This document shows positions 59,961 through 64,000 of a stretch of 64,000 bases of DNA, one piece after another. The notes under the pieces were generated by a model. It did not search any database and was not told the origin of the DNA. It saw only the letters and a list, made by a program, of their open reading frames with translations. The stretch comes from Vitrella brassicaformis CCMP3155 (taxonomy: Eukaryota > Protista > Chromerida). The number at the start of each line of letters is the position of its first letter. The first letter of the stretch is position 1. A program made the translations under genes and the position numbers. The stretch spans positions 66,919-130,918 of the forward strand of contig CDMY01000297.1 in the NCBI GenBank assembly GCA_001179505.1, given 5' to 3'.

Positions 59961-62900
59961 TCATGGCCGTTTGTTTGTGTGTTCTGTCGCATTGAATGGG
60001 TAAGCCTCTTCTGCGCCACGAGACAATCAGAACACACAGACGTCAGCAAGCCATTGACTTCCTCGCGTCATGTGTCTACCGTTCTGCGTACCGCATATTG
60101 TGAGCACGGGGCAGAGCTGACGCACAGTCATACTATCATTCTTGCCGTCTGGTCGAATGAAATCGACACTGACAGTCAACGGAACGCTTCGGACAATGAA
60201 GCCGCCGCCCCCTTGGGTCTCGTTCAGGCGCTCTATATGGTGGGGGCGGCAGTCCAGACTTCCCTCCCCCGCCCAGGCGCGGGGGACCTGGAGAGGGGAA
60301 ACGTCTGTCACATTGAAGCTCTCCTTCAGTTCGCTTTCGGTGGGCGTCATGCGGGCGATAGTACTGAAGGGCAAAGATACCAAACAGCAACACAATGATG
60401 AACAGGAAGGCCAACGGAGTGCTGTTTGGTATTTCTGCATTTTACGTGAGGTTGATGCCTCCGATCTTTGGCGGGTCCATGCTGTCGTTAGTCTTGACTT
60501 CAGGTGAGGATGTGGGTGGGAGTGTGGCGGAGAGATCGACGGTATCAACGACGATGGGCTCATGGGGAAGGCACTGAATCTGAACTGGCGGGGCTGAAGG
60601 AAAGAGACAGACACACGCATCCAGAAAAGCAGACCACGTGAATACGACCTCTTCGACTCACTTTCTTTAGTCCCAATGCCGCACACTTCTTTCAAGAGTC
60701 CTTTGACCGTCGACACCCATTGAGCCACCTCCGTTTGATTGCTGCCGACCCACGACATCCTGAAGCGGCTCCAGAGATCTGTCACGTTGTCATTATCAAA
60801 GTCACCGACCTGAACATCAAATGCACCAGAGAAGCTGGTCTTTGCTGGTATTCCACTCATGCGCACCTGCAGCGCTGGGATGGAGAAGACAGGTTGTAGA
60901 CGGAAGGTCTTATTCTTCGTCTCTGGATCAATCTCGCTTGAGTTGTAAGTCGCGTTTTTCTTGTACTTGAAGGTCTGGGTCACATTCAGGTCACAGGCAT
61001 CGCTGGCGTTGATGACCGTGTACTCCATCTCCCCTATCAATGCGCTTGAGGTGATCAGCGTTTCCAGAAGAAGGACTCCTGTGCGGTTCACGCCTGGCCC
61101 CAAATCCTCAATCACGGGGGCAAACGTCGTGGTCTTCTCTTTGCCTCGTTGGAGGGCCTCGTCTTCTACTGGGTCGAAGCTCAAGCCGCCGACGAGTGTG
61201 CCTGCATGCACGGCATACACATACGCATCAGCACAGGAATCCATGAGAAGCTGTTTCGCGTCCTTGCCTTGTATGCGCACCCACCTTCGACGAACACCAA
61301 CGTGCCATTGCATTTCTCGGGCCAGACTTGCTCCACCGTGCCTTTGATGTGCACATTCACGAAGCCCACCTGCGGCTGATCGTTGCCCGAATAATTGACC
61401 GGTGCTATGCGACCATCCAAGTTGTCCACATCATAGCGAATCCTCACTTGCACATCAGCCCACTCTCCCTCGCAGCTGAAGTAATACGTCGACTGGTTCT
61501 TAGGTGCACGATCGGAAGTGTCAGTAAATCGGTCCACTTCCATATTGAGACACCATTGGTCGACAGGTGGTGGGTCGGTGCCGTCTTCGAGAGCCGGGCT
61601 GTTGGACTGGATATCCGTCATGCGGTATGTCGACGGCTGGGCTGTGGGCGGGGCGGAGAGATTAGCAGCAGGGCATGCCTCAACTGAGACAGAAAACCAC
61701 AGGGATGTACACAAGCGGAAGGATGAGTGACGCGTCTTCTTGCAGCTTACAGCACTCAAATCCCATCATGCATTTTTGTTCCCAAATGACTGTGACGTCG
61801 TCTTTCGCGACCGTTTTGTTGTCGAGTTTCGCTATCGTTTCGTTACACAACACTTGCGTCTCATCACCTTCCCTTCTCACCACTTGAACGGTTGCCACGA
61901 TGTTCTGATTGCCTGTCAAGGCCTTCCCATCATGTCGACACGAGAAGTCGGTTAATTGCGTGAGATTGGCGATAACGCACGTGTCCTTTCCAAGAGACCC
62001 CGTGTCGGGCGTTGGCGCGAGAGCGATGGACGTGATGTCGCCAACGACATTTGAGTTCAAGAGGCCAAGCTGCTTGAAAAAGTCGAAGTCAATCTCCGCA
62101 AAGCCGGACGGAAACGTCTGCAGCATTGGTCCGCGACAGTTAGCCAAGACTGCTCGACACGAGCAGACAAGCAGACAAACGGGAGTCAGTGAACATATTG
62201 AATGCTTAGTGCTGTCTGGCTTTGCTGCTGCATGCACCTTTTCTTCTGTCAATCAGTTCGCCGAGCTTCCCCTTCACCACCAAGTCAAGCGACGTACCCG
62301 TCTCGGTATTGAAGAGCTCGAACGATCGAAATGGGGCAGTGGGATCAGTGCCGGGGGTGCAAAGGACCGACACGGGAATGGCAAGGTTCTCCAAGTTCTC
62401 CAACAAGGGCTTGCCCTTTGCCTCCAACAAGGGCGCGCAATTGGCTAAAGTGTCGTTGAGCCGCTGCTGCTCCTCGTTGACCTGGATGAAGGGAAAGTCC
62501 CCGGTCAACACGCTGCCGAATGGCAGGTCTGGCGATTGTCCGGGTCCGTAGATGGGATAGGAAATCGATGGAAGGGCCTCGCCGAGGAGCGCTTGTTTGA
62601 GGTCTTTGCCCAGACTGAATCCCGACTCCACTTCACTGGGAGCGACACCACGCGCACTCGCTTCCCAGTAGTCGATCGCAGTCCTTTTGCAGATCTTACT
62701 GCACTCCCGAAACGCCTCTTGATTGTCAAGAGCAAAGTGACTGACCTCCAACGGATTCTGAGGATATAAAGAAAGGAAGAAAGAAAGAAAGAAAGAAAGA
62801 AAGGAAGAAAGAAAGGAAGAAAGAAAGGAAGAAAGAGACGGACAGAGAGAGAGACAGAGAGAGAGACAGAGAGAGAGACAGAGAGAGAGACAGAGATGAT

Positions 62901-64000
62901 GCCTTGGTATTCTCAATTGATGCACGTACTTTTCGGATGATTTCGCCCCTCGGGCCTGTCGTATAGCCCGATGCGGCCAGCGCAAGGATGCCCCCAGCAT
63001 TCGTCCCCCCTGAAGTCACCGTAAAAATCCGCTCGTTGAGTAGGACATCGCACTGCTCAGGCACATCATCCGGAAACGTCATAACACCAAGGCCCGTGTG
63101 CGCCGCAGGTGATAGAATGACAAGAGTCCGTGCGGTGACTAGGTCGTCCTGTCTCTCGTTGCCGATGATGAGAATCCGCTGAGTCCGATCGTACTCGAAT
63201 TGCTGAGCAATAAGAGACTCCGACTCGTCCACGTAGCCCGTCAAGGCGACTTCGATCTGCGCCTCAATGCCCTCGCACGCCGGAGTGCTGGCATTCTTCA
63301 CCACCATGACTCCTTGGACAACTGCGAGGGCGGGCAGGAGCTCGTTTTCGGTTCGGTTGGAGCAGAGGCCGGTGTCGGGGCAGTCGAATTGGAGGGTCAC
63401 GCTGACGCCCTCTGTCGTGTCGCACGAGAGGTCCAAGAAGAAGTCATCGAACCCACTATCATCATTCTTCTTGCCCTGGATCCTCATGCAGCTCGACACA
63501 CCGGTGCCCACGTTCTTGATGGTATCGAGGTAGGCATTCGAGTGCACGTCTTCAAACAGATAAGTGCCGGGCACCAGCTGGGCGAACGTCGACTCTTGCG
63601 GCACTGGAAACCGCTCGTTCGGCAGCCAACTCTGGTTTCTTGGGTCGGGCCCCATGTCTTCCCTTCTCTCGACGACAGGCAGGCTGTCCGCACAGTCGAA
63701 GGGCACAGCGAAGCGGTTGACGGCATTGAAGCACGGATCCAGCTCCGCCGGGAAACACAGCGACGATGGCTTGCCGCTGACGACACCCTTGGTGAGCCTG
63801 ACATCGCCTTGTGCCACCTCGGCCGCCTCACCGAACAGACCTCTGGTGTCTTCGATGCAGTAGCAGAAGCGCGAGTCGCTGGTCCGCGCACAAATAGGCT
63901 TGTTAGACGGGCAGCTGACAGACAGGCAGACAGACAGCATACCGACGTTGCCATCACGACCAATCACGTGTGTGTACCTTCCGAGAGCTGCCGTTCCCAG
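59961..64000 (-). CDS. Large secreted hypothetical glycoprotein, copy B (5' part outside window)
   Basis: Exon-by-exon paralog of copy A; ends ICE|EAYPFNATEHTNKRP*. Confidence 0.75.
62768..62896. repeat. Intronic microsatellite expansion (AAAG)n / (GAGAGAGACA)n
   Basis: Visible purine-rich tandem repeats in a copy-B intron; the equivalent copy-A intron is short and lacks them. Confidence 0.9.

Larger units (their letters stand above)
52444..64000. repeat. Tandem segmental duplication, period ~6.1-6.3 kb (peptide gene + large secreted gene)
   Basis: Homologous points at 52594/58890, 53404/59495 and 57201/63376, covering coding, intronic and intergenic sequence. Confidence 0.92.

Noticed and set aside
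1-64000. Hundreds of short Cys/Val- or Thr/His-rich ORFs in the six-frame track
   Set aside because: They are translations of (TG)n/(CA)n intron tracts or antisense shadows of real exons; no independent coding signal.
1-64000. tRNA, rRNA, snRNA genes or telomeric repeats
   Set aside because: None recognised by eye; a tRNAscan/Infernal search would be needed to exclude small ncRNAs.

Overview
Intron-dense, GC-rich eukaryotic genomic DNA with short (~60-110 nt) GT-AG introns full of (TG)n/(CA)n/(CAGA)n tracts. These features, the ankyrin expansion and a bipartite plastid presequence fit a chromerid alveolate such as Vitrella brassicaformis (inference). I reconstructed about 20 spliced genes by hand: BCCT transporter, GH10 xylanase, NYN-domain protein, IQ-motif protein, small secreted Cys-rich protein, RPS11, ERD2, START-domain protein, secreted tandem ConA/DUF1080-like protein, METTL21-like methyltransferase, kinase-ankyrin-CBM48 protein, SPX-MFS transporter, C2/CEP76-like protein, a second ankyrin fusion, an unknown secreted protein, a plastid-targeted carotenoid oxygenase, and a ~6.2-kb tandem duplication. 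Each duplicated unit pairs a tiny secreted Cys-rich peptide precursor (+) with a large orphan secreted protein (-). Other notable signals are near-perfect alternation of gene orientation, a recurring AAGCTCGC motif in the divergent promoters, a 5'-truncated RLE non-LTR retrotransposon with a 15-bp target-site duplication, and a near-identical tract between the duplicated genes. Most ORFs in the supplied six-frame track are intron read-through or antisense shadows. Gene models are manual; the ends of the IQ, START and second ankyrin genes are uncertain.
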